DNA from: a virus
Strand: one strand, 5' to 3'
IMG/VR virus record: IMGVR_UViG_3300045921_000146
Coordinates: 1-64,000 of that record
DNA: 64,000 nucleotides
Part shown: positions 40,701-48,996 of the stretch, one piece after another
How positions within the stretch are numbered: the first letter of the stretch is position 1
How the letters are laid out: the number at the start of each line of letters is the position of its first letter
Program-made: the position numbers and the translations under genes
Notes under the pieces: model-generated
The model's database searches: none
Told to the model about the DNA's origin: nothing
Seen by the model: only the letters and a program-made list of their open reading frames with translations

Positions 40701-40822
40701 TCTTTTTTCCTGATTACGTCTACTTCTACCAGCTCACCTTTAGTTGAAACTGTTTCACATAGACGAACCCAAAAAGGACCATTCAAGGCTTCGTTTTGTT
40801 GACTGACTTGCATACTCTTCAC
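37772..40822 (-). CDS. AEP primase-DnaB-like helicase fusion, intein-containing
   Basis: FDFD and FSGNKGFH (AEP); GERN (PriCT); Walker A GASG|SGKTT; LVDY and AKNRMG. Confidence 0.9.
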   Translation of the reverse strand: MKSMQVSQQNEALNGPFWVRLCETVSTKGELVEVDVIRKKDKLLQKIGNTNKDWYSSLYYYGSDAKTHWDTHQSMKGYKGSAYTNRLLFDFDSKLDPEQAKDDACTLLERLANEGVDVANSCRVFFSGNKGFHVEVLVDRHFKPEELKPICANLAVDLKTFDTSVYNTTRLIRLVNTKHQESGLYKIEISPDDILNLSVEQIRDKAKTPVEYPEYELTPVKNLDFLKKYEGSFSPLAKPVEVDVEDVDGIRGLDQIDFSKMPKGMPRCLYALSHGVMAPGERNHLFFRLAAYYRNQGMTKEVCYNTLKGVARENFRLYPESGPVTKEEIWNTVINSVYSDTWKQVPGATGTDAENSLLKKYCLACDRFTEKKCSLHTSSTKRDEPVQISDVFDNFRNFAENFDRNSVRTGIEFIDKNMNISVGTTTLIVGASGCHRKGEKVLMYDGTIKKVEDIEINDKLMGPDSKPRTVLQLCRGIDAMYKVTPVKGSAFYVNGNHVLSHLNSHNNWQHLTINELLARRQTSKNTGRKLVRTGVDFPEKELKVDPYMLGIWLGDGHSSGSTFTFLDRELIDYVKQYCHSQGLQFAEQPVKNTITNYSVSSKTAKFLNNLRFYGLVNNKHIPHDFKTASRHQRLELLAGLLDTDGHLNTNCFDIIQKRKTLAEDIVFLSRSLGFAAYLTPCTKSSQTGKSGLYYKVSISGDVSEIPTKLHRKKATKRQHTKDVLKTGFQVHKVAEQEEYFGFHVDGDNLYLLEDFTITHNSGKTTLGLNIMERANALGQHTVFFSLDMHQNLVYLKLAQKLTNYSQKQILHIFQTRQKDKMDEIRAVIAEKYGMTFFDFNSTLTLQQMRDKVLDIQDKNGVDVKLVLVDYASRITGEFKDSYSQARANALGSTGVAVDTNAAWLYISQVSRQVGDSCTPLRTKRAAKESGDWEESATNVVTVWRPFEGDPVRDDVMRLYLAKNRMGQQLEQVLHWDGSKGIIRDMDEDELALYEETRGQKEEKEYLKSKYAAKTGG
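38543..39523 (-). mobile_element. Intein with LAGLIDADG homing endonuclease in helicase P-loop (327 aa)
   Basis: Starts CHRKGE; LGIWLGDG and LAGLLDTDG; ends ITHN followed by Ser. Confidence 0.92.
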
Positions 40823-40857
40823 TCCCTATCAAAAAACCTGTTCAAAAGCAATTTAAA

Positions 40858-41097
40858 TTAGTCTTTAAGTGTTGCAGTAAAAGAAACTTGTGGAGCCTTT
40901 GGGTTCTCGCCTGGGGGAGAGAAAAAGACTGCAAAGTTCTCTACAACGTGCTGATTGCCAGCTTGGTCTTCGACCAATAACTTTACAGGGTTCTTACGGT
41001 CCCCTCCAGTTACAGCCGAAATGTATTCTTGAGTTTGACCTGTCTTTTTGTCAGTAAACTCTCGAAGCCAGCCTACAGCGAATTGTACTTTACTCAT
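40858..41097 (-). CDS. Small hypothetical protein (start MSKVQF), possibly ssDNA-binding
   Basis: GGAGG RBS; beta-rich. Confidence 0.55.
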   Translation of the reverse strand: MSKVQFAVGWLREFTDKKTGQTQEYISAVTGGDRKNPVKLLVEDQAGNQHVVENFAVFFSPPGENPKAPQVSFTATLKD

Positions 41098-41494
41098 GCG
41101 CATCCTCCTTTTTGGATTGTTCTTCTTTGTGTTTTTTAATAATTTCTTCTGAAGTATGGTAAAACAATACAGTAAACATAGCACGAATTGTACTCTGCAT
41201 CAAGCGAAAAGCCATTTTTTCGTCGTCCCCTAGAAGTCGAACTGGTTCTCCGTCTTTAGGGAGGTCGATAGCCGCCAATACTGCCCTCTGCAACGCTTTT
41301 TTACCTAGTTTAGGCATAATATTCGCCAAGTGTTTTCGATTAGCAATAATAGCCATACTTGAGTTTGCTACCAATTCCTCTGGGCTAGGCATAGGAATAG
41401 ATTTACCTGTTCGTTGCTCCTCTTGGGCAATAGAAGTGACCTCTGTTAGAATTTCTTTTTTCTCTTGACTTTCTTCTACTTTTAATTCTTCCAT
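41090..41494 (-). CDS. Hypothetical protein
   Basis: Coupled ORF. Confidence 0.6.
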   Translation of the reverse strand: MEELKVEESQEKKEILTEVTSIAQEEQRTGKSIPMPSPEELVANSSMAIIANRKHLANIMPKLGKKALQRAVLAAIDLPKDGEPVRLLGDDEKMAFRLMQSTIRAMFTVLFYHTSEEIIKKHKEEQSKKEDAHE

Positions 41495-42132
41495 TAGAAA
41501 TTTGCCTCCGTTTTCACAAATTTACGTTGTCCAAAAGTCTTTCTCTCTACAGGAGCTGCCTCTTCTTTTTTAGCTTCTACCTTTGGAGCTTCTACTTTAG
41601 TTTCTACTTTTGTAGGTTCTACGTCAACTTTTTTAATCGGTTTTGAAAAACTTTTTGGTGCGGAAATTGCAGGAGCTGGCACTGTAGATTTAGAGCTATC
41701 GCCTCGAACATAAGAAGCATTTGCACTATCGTTTTCGGGGTCGTCGTTAGACTCCACTAGAAAATTCTTCCAAAGCATATATTTAGTGCTGCCAGTGATA
41801 GCCTTATAGATACCTTTATCTTGTTGGTCTGCGCCTTGTCCTGCGGAACGAACTTCATAACTTTCACCTGTCTCACTATCGACAAAAGTATGTTTAGTGA
41901 TAACCGTAGTAATAAGATTCTCGTCGCCTTTTTTTGTAGTACTTTTGGTGACTTCTACTGTGTCTACAGAGCTAAATACAAAGATCCCATGCTTTACTAG
42001 CTGAGGTCTAATAAGTTCAAGCAAATCCGACTCTGTAGTGTACTGGTAGTTAGCAAATTTATTAACTCCAGACTTTTTTACTTTCTGAGCCTCGGACAAG
42101 ATCAGAACTAATTTTTTGGCTAATGACTTCAT
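41494..42132 (-). CDS. ERF-family ssDNA annealing protein
   Basis: KSGVNKF.YQY..GQGADQQDKGIYKAITGSTKY..DDPE. Confidence 0.85.
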   Translation of the reverse strand: MKSLAKKLVLILSEAQKVKKSGVNKFANYQYTTESDLLELIRPQLVKHGIFVFSSVDTVEVTKSTTKKGDENLITTVITKHTFVDSETGESYEVRSAGQGADQQDKGIYKAITGSTKYMLWKNFLVESNDDPENDSANASYVRGDSSKSTVPAPAISAPKSFSKPIKKVDVEPTKVETKVEAPKVEAKKEEAAPVERKTFGQRKFVKTEANF

Positions 42133-42141
42133 AATTTCCTC

Positions 42142-43257
42142 CTACTTTTTTACAAGTCCAGTTAAATCGTTTTTATGGCAAGCATTATAATACTGACATC
42201 TACTACCGTACCAATTCTCGCATTTACTTGTATCTTTGTAAATGATTTTTTGTTTCATGGCAGAAATAATATTACCCATATCCATAAATACACTATTAAT
42301 TTCTTCTTGACTTTTTTCTTGGACCATGACTTGTACCTCTGGCTTAGGGACAATCTTCTCGTCCCATTCTCCACCGCAGCGAATACCCTTAATATCAGCA
42401 TCACAAGTTTTATGTCTACCATTACGAACATTACCACAAGATTTACAGGTAGCAACTTTTTCTTTGTTGATATTTTTACAAAGAACTACATACCCAACTA
42501 AATTAGTGTTGTACTCTGGACCCTTCATACCAGCATAAAGAGTCAACTGTGCGCTATGGTCTATCTGGTCTTGGGTGTAGGGTCTGGCGGCAGTTTTTAA
42601 GTCAAAGATGATAGGTTTATCGTAACCTTCAATCTCTAATATCATATCTATAAAACCTTGAATACTGTCTCCAGTTGAGGGGTCTTTAATAAAAGCTTGA
42701 GTTTGAGTAGACAAGACTTTAGTAATCTTAGGGTAAAATTGTTCTTTAAAGGACTCGATCATATAATACCCTTTACGTTTAAGAGAAAGCCATGAAGCTC
42801 TATTAAAGAACATTTTTTGTGCCGAAGTCATTTTTTTGTACGGATTCTTCTTAATTTTAACAATACCTTCATACAAGCTTACCATATCTTGTCTAAGTTT
42901 GTATCCACTTTGATTGGCGTTGGCGTAAAGTTTTAAATCTAATGCCCAAGTTTTTAATTGGTCTATGTCTGAATCAGTTAGTAACTCTTTGTCAAAATCT
43001 GAGTAGCTATACACTACTGCTGGATTATCGAAGAATACTATTTGTTTTCCGAAGTGAAACTGCACATCCATAGCTTTTTCGTATTTTTGAATATAGTTTT
43101 GGTCGCCTTTGAGCATATGTTCAATAGCTCCGTCTAACGCAGAACCAAAGTGTAAACTAGCACCTTGTTCTGGACCTTGTAACTTTTCGTTATATAACCA
43201 ATTCCAATAAGTCGGGCAAGAAATATACGTCTGGCTTTGACTGTAAGAACATTTCAT
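42142..43257 (-). CDS. PD-(D/E)XK exonuclease (Cas4/AddB-like) with Cys clusters
   Basis: SYSQ..CP, GFIDMI, FDLKT and QLTLY; C-terminal C..C..C. Confidence 0.85.
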   Translation of the reverse strand: MKCSYSQSQTYISCPTYWNWLYNEKLQGPEQGASLHFGSALDGAIEHMLKGDQNYIQKYEKAMDVQFHFGKQIVFFDNPAVVYSYSDFDKELLTDSDIDQLKTWALDLKLYANANQSGYKLRQDMVSLYEGIVKIKKNPYKKMTSAQKMFFNRASWLSLKRKGYYMIESFKEQFYPKITKVLSTQTQAFIKDPSTGDSIQGFIDMILEIEGYDKPIIFDLKTAARPYTQDQIDHSAQLTLYAGMKGPEYNTNLVGYVVLCKNINKEKVATCKSCGNVRNGRHKTCDADIKGIRCGGEWDEKIVPKPEVQVMVQEKSQEEINSVFMDMGNIISAMKQKIIYKDTSKCENWYGSRCQYYNACHKNDLTGLVKK

Positions 43258-43511
43258 AAATTGTAGTCCTTTATATACCTATCATAAATATGCTGCACAT
43301 GGAGCCTAAAGGCTTCTGAATGAGCGTGTTTAAGAAAGTATTTTGTTAGTGTTACTAATCTTACTGCTTCTGTAGCGTCCATATTCATAGAATACATCAA
43401 CTTTGCTCTTAATATATCAAATTCTTCTAATAAAGATATGTAATGTCCGTTTTTTTCTAATTTAGCTACTCTTTTACTGTCTATATGTGTCACTTTTTTA
43501 TCTCTGTCCAT
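43254..43511 (-). CDS. Hypothetical protein
   Basis: Coupled ORF. Confidence 0.55.
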   Translation of the reverse strand: MDRDKKVTHIDSKRVAKLEKNGHYISLLEEFDILRAKLMYSMNMDATEAVRLVTLTKYFLKHAHSEAFRLHVQHIYDRYIKDYNL

Positions 43512-43986
43512 ATGCTCTTTTTATTGCATTTTTAATGTCTAATTGAAAATTTTCATAGCTGTTAGCTACTCTACCTAAAAAAGAAGGGTGATAAGTAGGT
43601 ACTACAAAGTAACCTTCCAAAGTGGGTCTTGCGACTCCTCTCTCTGTTGTTATTTTGATGTTTTGTCCTAGTAAAGCTTCAGTAGCGACTCTTCCTAGAG
43701 TAACTACTACTTCAGGTTTAATTAAAGCTAGTTCAGCTCTAAGTAGTGGTAGGAATTGTTGTACTTCTGAGTCTGTGGGAGTTCTGTTTTCTGGAGGTCT
43801 AAATTTAACTACATTAGTAAGGTAGACTTGATCTCGAAATACTCCATAACTCATAAGAGTTTCTAGTAGAATACTACCGGATCTACCTACAAAAGGTTTG
43901 CCGCAAATTTCCTCCTGCTCTCCAGGGGCTTCGCCTACAAATACTATTTTAGACTTAAGATTGCCTTCGCCGTTAATTAGTTTCAT
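43498..43986 (-). CDS. Uracil-DNA glycosylase, family 4-like
   Basis: VGEAPG.QE, PFVGRSG, TNVVK.RPP.NR.P and YHPS. Confidence 0.9.
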   Translation of the reverse strand: MKLINGEGNLKSKIVFVGEAPGEQEEICGKPFVGRSGSILLETLMSYGVFRDQVYLTNVVKFRPPENRTPTDSEVQQFLPLLRAELALIKPEVVVTLGRVATEALLGQNIKITTERGVARPTLEGYFVVPTYHPSFLGRVANSYENFQLDIKNAIKRAYGQR

Positions 43987-44212
43987 TTTTGTTTACCTGC
44001 TCCAATAAATCTTCTAAACACATTTTACACGCTTTATGAAATAGTAATTTATCTTTCAGTACAGCTAATTTACTTAATTCTTTTATATCTGGAGATTTGC
44101 CCGATGTCAAGTTTTTTTGTTTTCCGTCCATATTAGCTTGAACCAACATCAATTCTTTTTCGTGCTCGGCAATGTTATTCTTAATAATTTTAATTATTTT
44201 AGCCATTTCCAT
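43973..44212 (-). CDS. Hypothetical coiled-coil protein
   Basis: GAGGT RBS. Confidence 0.55.
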   Translation of the reverse strand: MEMAKIIKIIKNNIAEHEKELMLVQANMDGKQKNLTSGKSPDIKELSKLAVLKDKLLFHKACKMCLEDLLEQVNKNETN

Positions 44213-44711
44213 ATAATACCTCTAAAACTTGAGCTTTTTCAGGCCATTTATGTTTTGCTAAAGTTATACATACCTCTTTAAAAAAATTAGACTCTTCCAT
44301 ACTATCTTCGGTAGGAGCTATATTCAAGGAATAACTTAAAGTTCCTAGCATATAAAAACCGTCCTCGCCCTTGGCGGCGGAAATTATAGAGTGTACGCAA
44401 GATTGAAACAAATGGAAAAAACCCGTCTCCATTGCAGAAAATTTAGCTCCTAACTCTTCTAATATAGCTAAATCTTTAGTTTTTAGGTAGTTTTCACAGT
44501 AATGTGAAACTTCTTTCATAGCGTTTGAGTACGATCTAAATTGAGATTTCTTAAATATACTTAATAAGATAGTAAATCTTTGCTCTGGCGACAGGGACAA
44601 TAATAATTTGTGGGCCGCCTCTTCGTAACGACCCTCCTTGTAAGTTTTCATTAAACTATCAAAATCTTCCCTTTTAGTTTTGTTTTTAAGAACTTGTAGT
44701 GCCTTATTCAT
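44199..44711 (-). CDS. Hypothetical protein (ends EVLYGNG)
   Basis: Coupled ORF. Confidence 0.6.
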   Translation of the reverse strand: MNKALQVLKNKTKREDFDSLMKTYKEGRYEEAAHKLLLSLSPEQRFTILLSIFKKSQFRSYSNAMKEVSHYCENYLKTKDLAILEELGAKFSAMETGFFHLFQSCVHSIISAAKGEDGFYMLGTLSYSLNIAPTEDSMEESNFFKEVCITLAKHKWPEKAQVLEVLYGNG

Positions 44712-45595
44712 TCAGACCTCAAAACTTCTGGTATAGAGTAAATAATCTCTGTTTTACCTGCAACTTTAACTTTTTTAACAAACTTATGCCAAGTAACGTT
44801 ATGTTTTTTAAATATAGTATTAACTTTTTCGGAAACAGTGCTGGGACTCAGGTTATATAATTTAGAAACTTCTGTCAAAGTTTTTTTATCTACATACATT
44901 TTGTTGAGTAAGTCTAGGTGTTTGGGTTTTAATTGATGACCTTTTTCAGTCAAAAATTTTCTAACTGCCGCAAATTGGCTCAATCTAGTGAGACTAGAGT
45001 AGAAAACATAGGTAGCATCTTTTTGATTATACAACCCTTCTTCTTTAGCTATAGTTGCGAAGTCTTTTTGCAGGTGTAATCTTTTTTTTACTATTCTTTG
45101 TTTTTCTTCTGTTAGTACGTCCCAAGGCACTTCTTGATCTGTTATGGTGGGTATAGTAAAAGAAGGGTTTTCATCTACATGGGGGTCTAAATTTTCTACT
45201 AAAACTACTTCTACTTCAGGTTTTTTCCACCTATTTATAAAGTCATTAACTTGACTACAAGTTGCAGTACATTTTTTAACGATTGGGCAAGTATCGCAAT
45301 TAGACAGGTATAACTCGTTATCCTTTATTGTGTGCGTTTCTTTAAGCTTTTCTAAGTAGGGGGCGGCTGTTTCAGATTTCCAAGGTAAAGGGCGGCCCAT
45401 ACACTCTTTACCAATGCACACAAACCTCTTAGGGCACTCGTCGTAACTTTCTCCGTAGTGAAAGTTAGCCTCTTCTCGAATCTTAGCTAGTACCTTATTC
45501 TGGTCGTCGCCAGTAATAAATTTAGCCCAAGGAGGCTTAGTACACGCCGCAGGTTTGAATTTAATTTTAAAGTCTTTCTCTTTCATTACAACCAA
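44708..45595 (-). CDS. Putative transcription factor: Cys-cluster N-terminus plus tandem sigma4-like HTH
   Basis: CxxCx5Cx3C; LTEEKQRIV..FATIAKE and LKPKH..TLTEVSKLYNLSPSTVS. Confidence 0.55.
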   Translation of the reverse strand: MVVMKEKDFKIKFKPAACTKPPWAKFITGDDQNKVLAKIREEANFHYGESYDECPKRFVCIGKECMGRPLPWKSETAAPYLEKLKETHTIKDNELYLSNCDTCPIVKKCTATCSQVNDFINRWKKPEVEVVLVENLDPHVDENPSFTIPTITDQEVPWDVLTEEKQRIVKKRLHLQKDFATIAKEEGLYNQKDATYVFYSSLTRLSQFAAVRKFLTEKGHQLKPKHLDLLNKMYVDKKTLTEVSKLYNLSPSTVSEKVNTIFKKHNVTWHKFVKKVKVAGKTEIIYSIPEVLRSE

Positions 45596-46131
45596 CGCAA
45601 TACGTCTTTACGGTATTTTTCTGCATACTCCTGAGTGCTTGAGTGATATCTGGTCCACCAATATTTTTCTTTGCTACCATAAACTCTTTTGTAGGTTCTA
45701 AGTATTTTAATAGTCTGTTCCACGCTGTACTCTAAATCGTTAATTAATCTGTAAGGGTGTAAGTCATAAGCCACTATAGTCTTGTAATTAATTTGACCTA
45801 TACCAAAATCTCTACAAGTATTACCTTCAAAGTATATTAGTCGCTCTAAACCTTTGTTATCAGGTATGTTTACTTCTACTAGACCTTCAGTACAGTTCTT
45901 CGCTTTATGATTGTAAGTAGATTCTTGCATAAAAATAGCAGAAACTAGAAAAGGGTTTATTTCATAGTGAGCAGCTCTACGCCTAATAATAGAAGCTAAT
46001 TCTTTAGCATAGTTTTTATTAATTTTGGGATTATTCTTTAAAATGTGGCAATATACTGGAAATTTTTGGCAATCTTCTGCTTGAAGTAGGCCTACTGTAA
46101 ATAAGCTGAGTATTAGATTAAGCATAATCAC
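45586..46131 (-). CDS. Lytic transglycosylase (SLT) with signal peptide
   Basis: AIFMQES, DFGIGQIN and RYHS. Confidence 0.85.
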   Translation of the reverse strand: MIMLNLILSLFTVGLLQAEDCQKFPVYCHILKNNPKINKNYAKELASIIRRRAAHYEINPFLVSAIFMQESTYNHKAKNCTEGLVEVNIPDNKGLERLIYFEGNTCRDFGIGQINYKTIVAYDLHPYRLINDLEYSVEQTIKILRTYKRVYGSKEKYWWTRYHSSTQEYAEKYRKDVLRWL

Positions 46132-46612
46132 TCCAATCGGGAGCCTTTCTCCCCGTCCATTGAGGGGGTCTAGCGTCAGTGGACCACCTTGCGTTTAAAT
46201 ACAGCTTATAAGCGTCTGTAACAGGCGAAATTAATTTGAAGTTAAACCCCTTTCCTTGGTGGGCGGCACAGTTAGCAAAGGTCGTCAGAGGGCCTTCTGG
46301 TAAGTTTAAGCGCATTTCTAGTAGTTGTTTTAATATGTCGTCGCACTTATGCACCTTACCGTATCGAAAAGTATATTCTTCTGACAAAGCCTTGCCATGA
46401 AGCCATAGCCAAGTCCAATTAGCTCTAGTTTCTCGACACCAAACATTTGAAGGGTGGTTCTTATGAGTACTTTTATAGGGAGCTTTTCCGCCATTTTCGT
46501 TAATAGCCGTAGAAAGCATTTGGCAAGTCTCTAAGACCATCTTCACGACTCTTTTGTCGTCGAGACTTATAGCAGCTTTATGAGGGTCGGTGTCCGTAAA
46601 AAATATGTTCAT
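46118..46612 (-). CDS. Pyrimidine-dimer DNA glycosylase-like protein
   Basis: MNIF..D.RVVKMVLETCQMLST..YKSTHKNHP..W..EYT.RYGKVH. Confidence 0.8.
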   Translation of the reverse strand: MNIFFTDTDPHKAAISLDDKRVVKMVLETCQMLSTAINENGGKAPYKSTHKNHPSNVWCRETRANWTWLWLHGKALSEEYTFRYGKVHKCDDILKQLLEMRLNLPEGPLTTFANCAAHQGKGFNFKLISPVTDAYKLYLNARWSTDARPPQWTGRKAPDWSDYA

Positions 46613-46935
46613 CCTTCTATTCCATACAGTATTTTAACTGTTGTCAAGTCTTTATCTTTTAAGCTTACAAAGTTAGTATGTTTCCATCCATTACTTTGAT
46701 TTTGGTCGTCTTTTTTAATGGGCACTAAGTTCTGCCAAGCCAAGTCTAGGCCTGTTTTATTTTTTATTATTTTAGCTAACTCTTGTTTGCAACCGTTAAA
46801 ATATTTTCCCCCTACAACATAAGTTTTTCCTTTAGTAAAACTTCCCCCATTAAAGCTAATTTCATTACTCTCTGTTTCTAAGCACAAAACTAAATCGCCT
46901 CTTTTTAAGTCTAGTAAATCTTGTAAAGTCATCAT
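46609..46935 (-). CDS. Small SH3/KOW-like protein (ends VKILYGIEG)
   Basis: KRGDLVLC..FTKGKTYVV. Confidence 0.65.
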   Translation of the reverse strand: MMTLQDLLDLKRGDLVLCLETESNEISFNGGSFTKGKTYVVGGKYFNGCKQELAKIIKNKTGLDLAWQNLVPIKKDDQNQSNGWKHTNFVSLKDKDLTTVKILYGIEG

Positions 46936-46940
46936 CAGTA

Positions 46941-47507
46941 TTATACCTCGTCTGGTATAGTAATAATAGGTATTACTACTTTTTTAGCGTTTTTGCGCCA
47001 CTTAGTTAAGTATTGGCCTTTATAGTACCATAAATCAACTTCTCCAAGTATTTCTTCTTCAGTTAAATTTCTACCTAATTGCCTTTCTATTCTCTTAGTA
47101 AAAAGAGGGTCGGGCAGCCTCGATTTATTAGAGGCTATGGGAGGGTATAGCCTGTTAGTGTAGCCACAATGGGTAAGCCCAGTGCCGCCACTTTCAATCG
47201 AAACTGCCCAACGCCAGTAAAGTTCTTGAAATTTATCTTTATCTGACAAAGTATTCATTATTTGATCTTTAGTTTGGTCGTCTGCTTCGTGGTACACTTT
47301 ACAAAGATTCTCCCAAGTTTTAAGTAAAGATCCGTCACAATCTAATGCTCCTACTTCATCCACATACAAATTAGAGCCGCACTCTGGACATTTAGCAGTA
47401 GCTCGTTTCTTGTTAAAGTTCTTAGCCTTCTTATGAGGCTTTAGAACTTTAACGGTAACTTGCTGACCGTTAATTTCTTCTATGTATCGACTCAGTTTTT
47501 TTCCCAC
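46941..47507 (-). CDS. Zn-ribbon hypothetical protein
   Basis: CPECGS..C..CGY. Confidence 0.6.
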   Translation of the reverse strand: MGKKLSRYIEEINGQQVTVKVLKPHKKAKNFNKKRATAKCPECGSNLYVDEVGALDCDGSLLKTWENLCKVYHEADDQTKDQIMNTLSDKDKFQELYWRWAVSIESGGTGLTHCGYTNRLYPPIASNKSRLPDPLFTKRIERQLGRNLTEEEILGEVDLWYYKGQYLTKWRKNAKKVVIPIITIPDEV

Positions 47508-47512
47508 AACTA

Positions 47513-48907
47513 CTACCTACGGACTTTTTTAGTTACTTCAATCTCTGTTTTAGATCCCCAAGACCAATTAAAGTTTTTAGCATAACTTTTTAGCACAGCC
47601 CACATAACAGGATAACGAGGCTTTTCAATATCTGAAGAAGACTCCCAACATCCGCCGTCAGTTAAATAGATTAAGCCATCGACGTCCATTTTGTTATTTT
47701 TAATGTGCTCGAACACTGGAGCAAATCGAGTGCCTCCTCTACCTTTAACTTGAATTTTCTTTCTTGGGTCAAAATCGTAAACAGCTTGGACTTCTGCGTC
47801 ACACTCAATAACAGTAACTTTAACATTTAATTTATGGATTCTATCAATTTCAGCGATGAATTGAGCCAACTCTTCGTCATTTACTGAGCCTGAAGTGTCG
47901 ATAGCGACTGCTAGGTGCATTACTGGTAATTTTTGTAGTCCTGGGTAAAGGATACCGTACCTACGATTTCTACGTTTTCTGGTAGACTCTACGAGTATTT
48001 CAATTTGTCTAGCTACAAATCTTTGCAAGTCTTGTCTCCAGTCTTTGGGTACATGATTAAGAGCTTCTATAGCAGCTTGAACATCGGCAGGTAAATTTCC
48101 AATAGCTCTCTGGTCAGTTTGCTCTACAGCCTTATTAACTACTTCTTTTACTTTTGCTGTAATTTCTTCTTCGCTAGCGTTACCTTGGTGCCACATACTA
48201 TGGTCGTCAAGTAACATACCTTGACCTTGACCACTTTGAGGATTTTTTTCATTTTCTTGACACAAAATCTCATAATAGTACTCAGTGTTTTGTCTGTTCT
48301 TAACGCCCTTGATCTGTTTCTTAAGTTCATCAACTAAAAGGCAGCCAGTTTGAATAGCTTTTCCAGCATTAGGATTAGCTATTTTTTTTGTCGGGTCTTT
48401 GGGGTCTTGCATTTCTTTGTCGTGAACTATAGGATTGCCTTCTTTGTCGAAAATTTTAAAATTCTTAGGTAAATTTGGCAAGTACTCATTGATTGCATAA
48501 TCTGCCGCTTTATTAAGCGTACTAGCGTTCATAGCATCTTCAATTTTACTACTGATAGATTTAGGATTTTTCTCATCATAAATTTGCGGCTCTAGGTCTC
48601 GAAAACGGACAAAATGGTTCATAATTACATGGTGACATTCGTGTTTCAATACTTCTACTCTTTCTTTTAATGTCAATGAACAAAAGAAGTAGGGATTAAC
48701 AATAAGCGCAATCTGGTCTCCAGACATTTCCGTACCTGGAGGCATAACTCCTAAAGTGGGAATATCAGTAGTGAACATTCTTTTCATATTAAGCATTAAG
48801 TTAGCATAAAAAGGCTCAGAAAATACCAACTCCATCATAGTCTCTTCAAGAACGTCTTGTGGGTCTTGCTTAATGTCTTGTTCTTCTACTTTCTTTTTCT
48901 TTGCCAC
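47513..48907 (-). CDS. DUF2201-type metallopeptidase-like plus VWA domain protein
   Basis: HECHH, NKAADYAIN, MIDAS DTSGS, GRGGT.F and LTDG. Confidence 0.88.
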   Translation of the reverse strand: MAKKKKVEEQDIKQDPQDVLEETMMELVFSEPFYANLMLNMKRMFTTDIPTLGVMPPGTEMSGDQIALIVNPYFFCSLTLKERVEVLKHECHHVIMNHFVRFRDLEPQIYDEKNPKSISSKIEDAMNASTLNKAADYAINEYLPNLPKNFKIFDKEGNPIVHDKEMQDPKDPTKKIANPNAGKAIQTGCLLVDELKKQIKGVKNRQNTEYYYEILCQENEKNPQSGQGQGMLLDDHSMWHQGNASEEEITAKVKEVVNKAVEQTDQRAIGNLPADVQAAIEALNHVPKDWRQDLQRFVARQIEILVESTRKRRNRRYGILYPGLQKLPVMHLAVAIDTSGSVNDEELAQFIAEIDRIHKLNVKVTVIECDAEVQAVYDFDPRKKIQVKGRGGTRFAPVFEHIKNNKMDVDGLIYLTDGGCWESSSDIEKPRYPVMWAVLKSYAKNFNWSWGSKTEIEVTKKVRR

Positions 48908-48935
48908 AAATCCTCCCAGATTGGCATTTTATTTC

Positions 48936-48964
48936 AATATAAACCCTTTTCTAAAAATTGTCAA
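48936..48964 (-). promoter_or_regulatory. Sigma70-like promoter
   Basis: TTGACA-N17-TATATT upstream of the VWA gene. Confidence 0.65.
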
Positions 48965-48996
48965 ATTAGGCGGCCACATTAGGCCGCCCTCAATAA

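Noticed and set aside
42142-43257. Cas4 as part of a CRISPR system
   Set aside because: It sits next to the ERF gene, which fits a standard phage exonuclease/annealase recombination pair.
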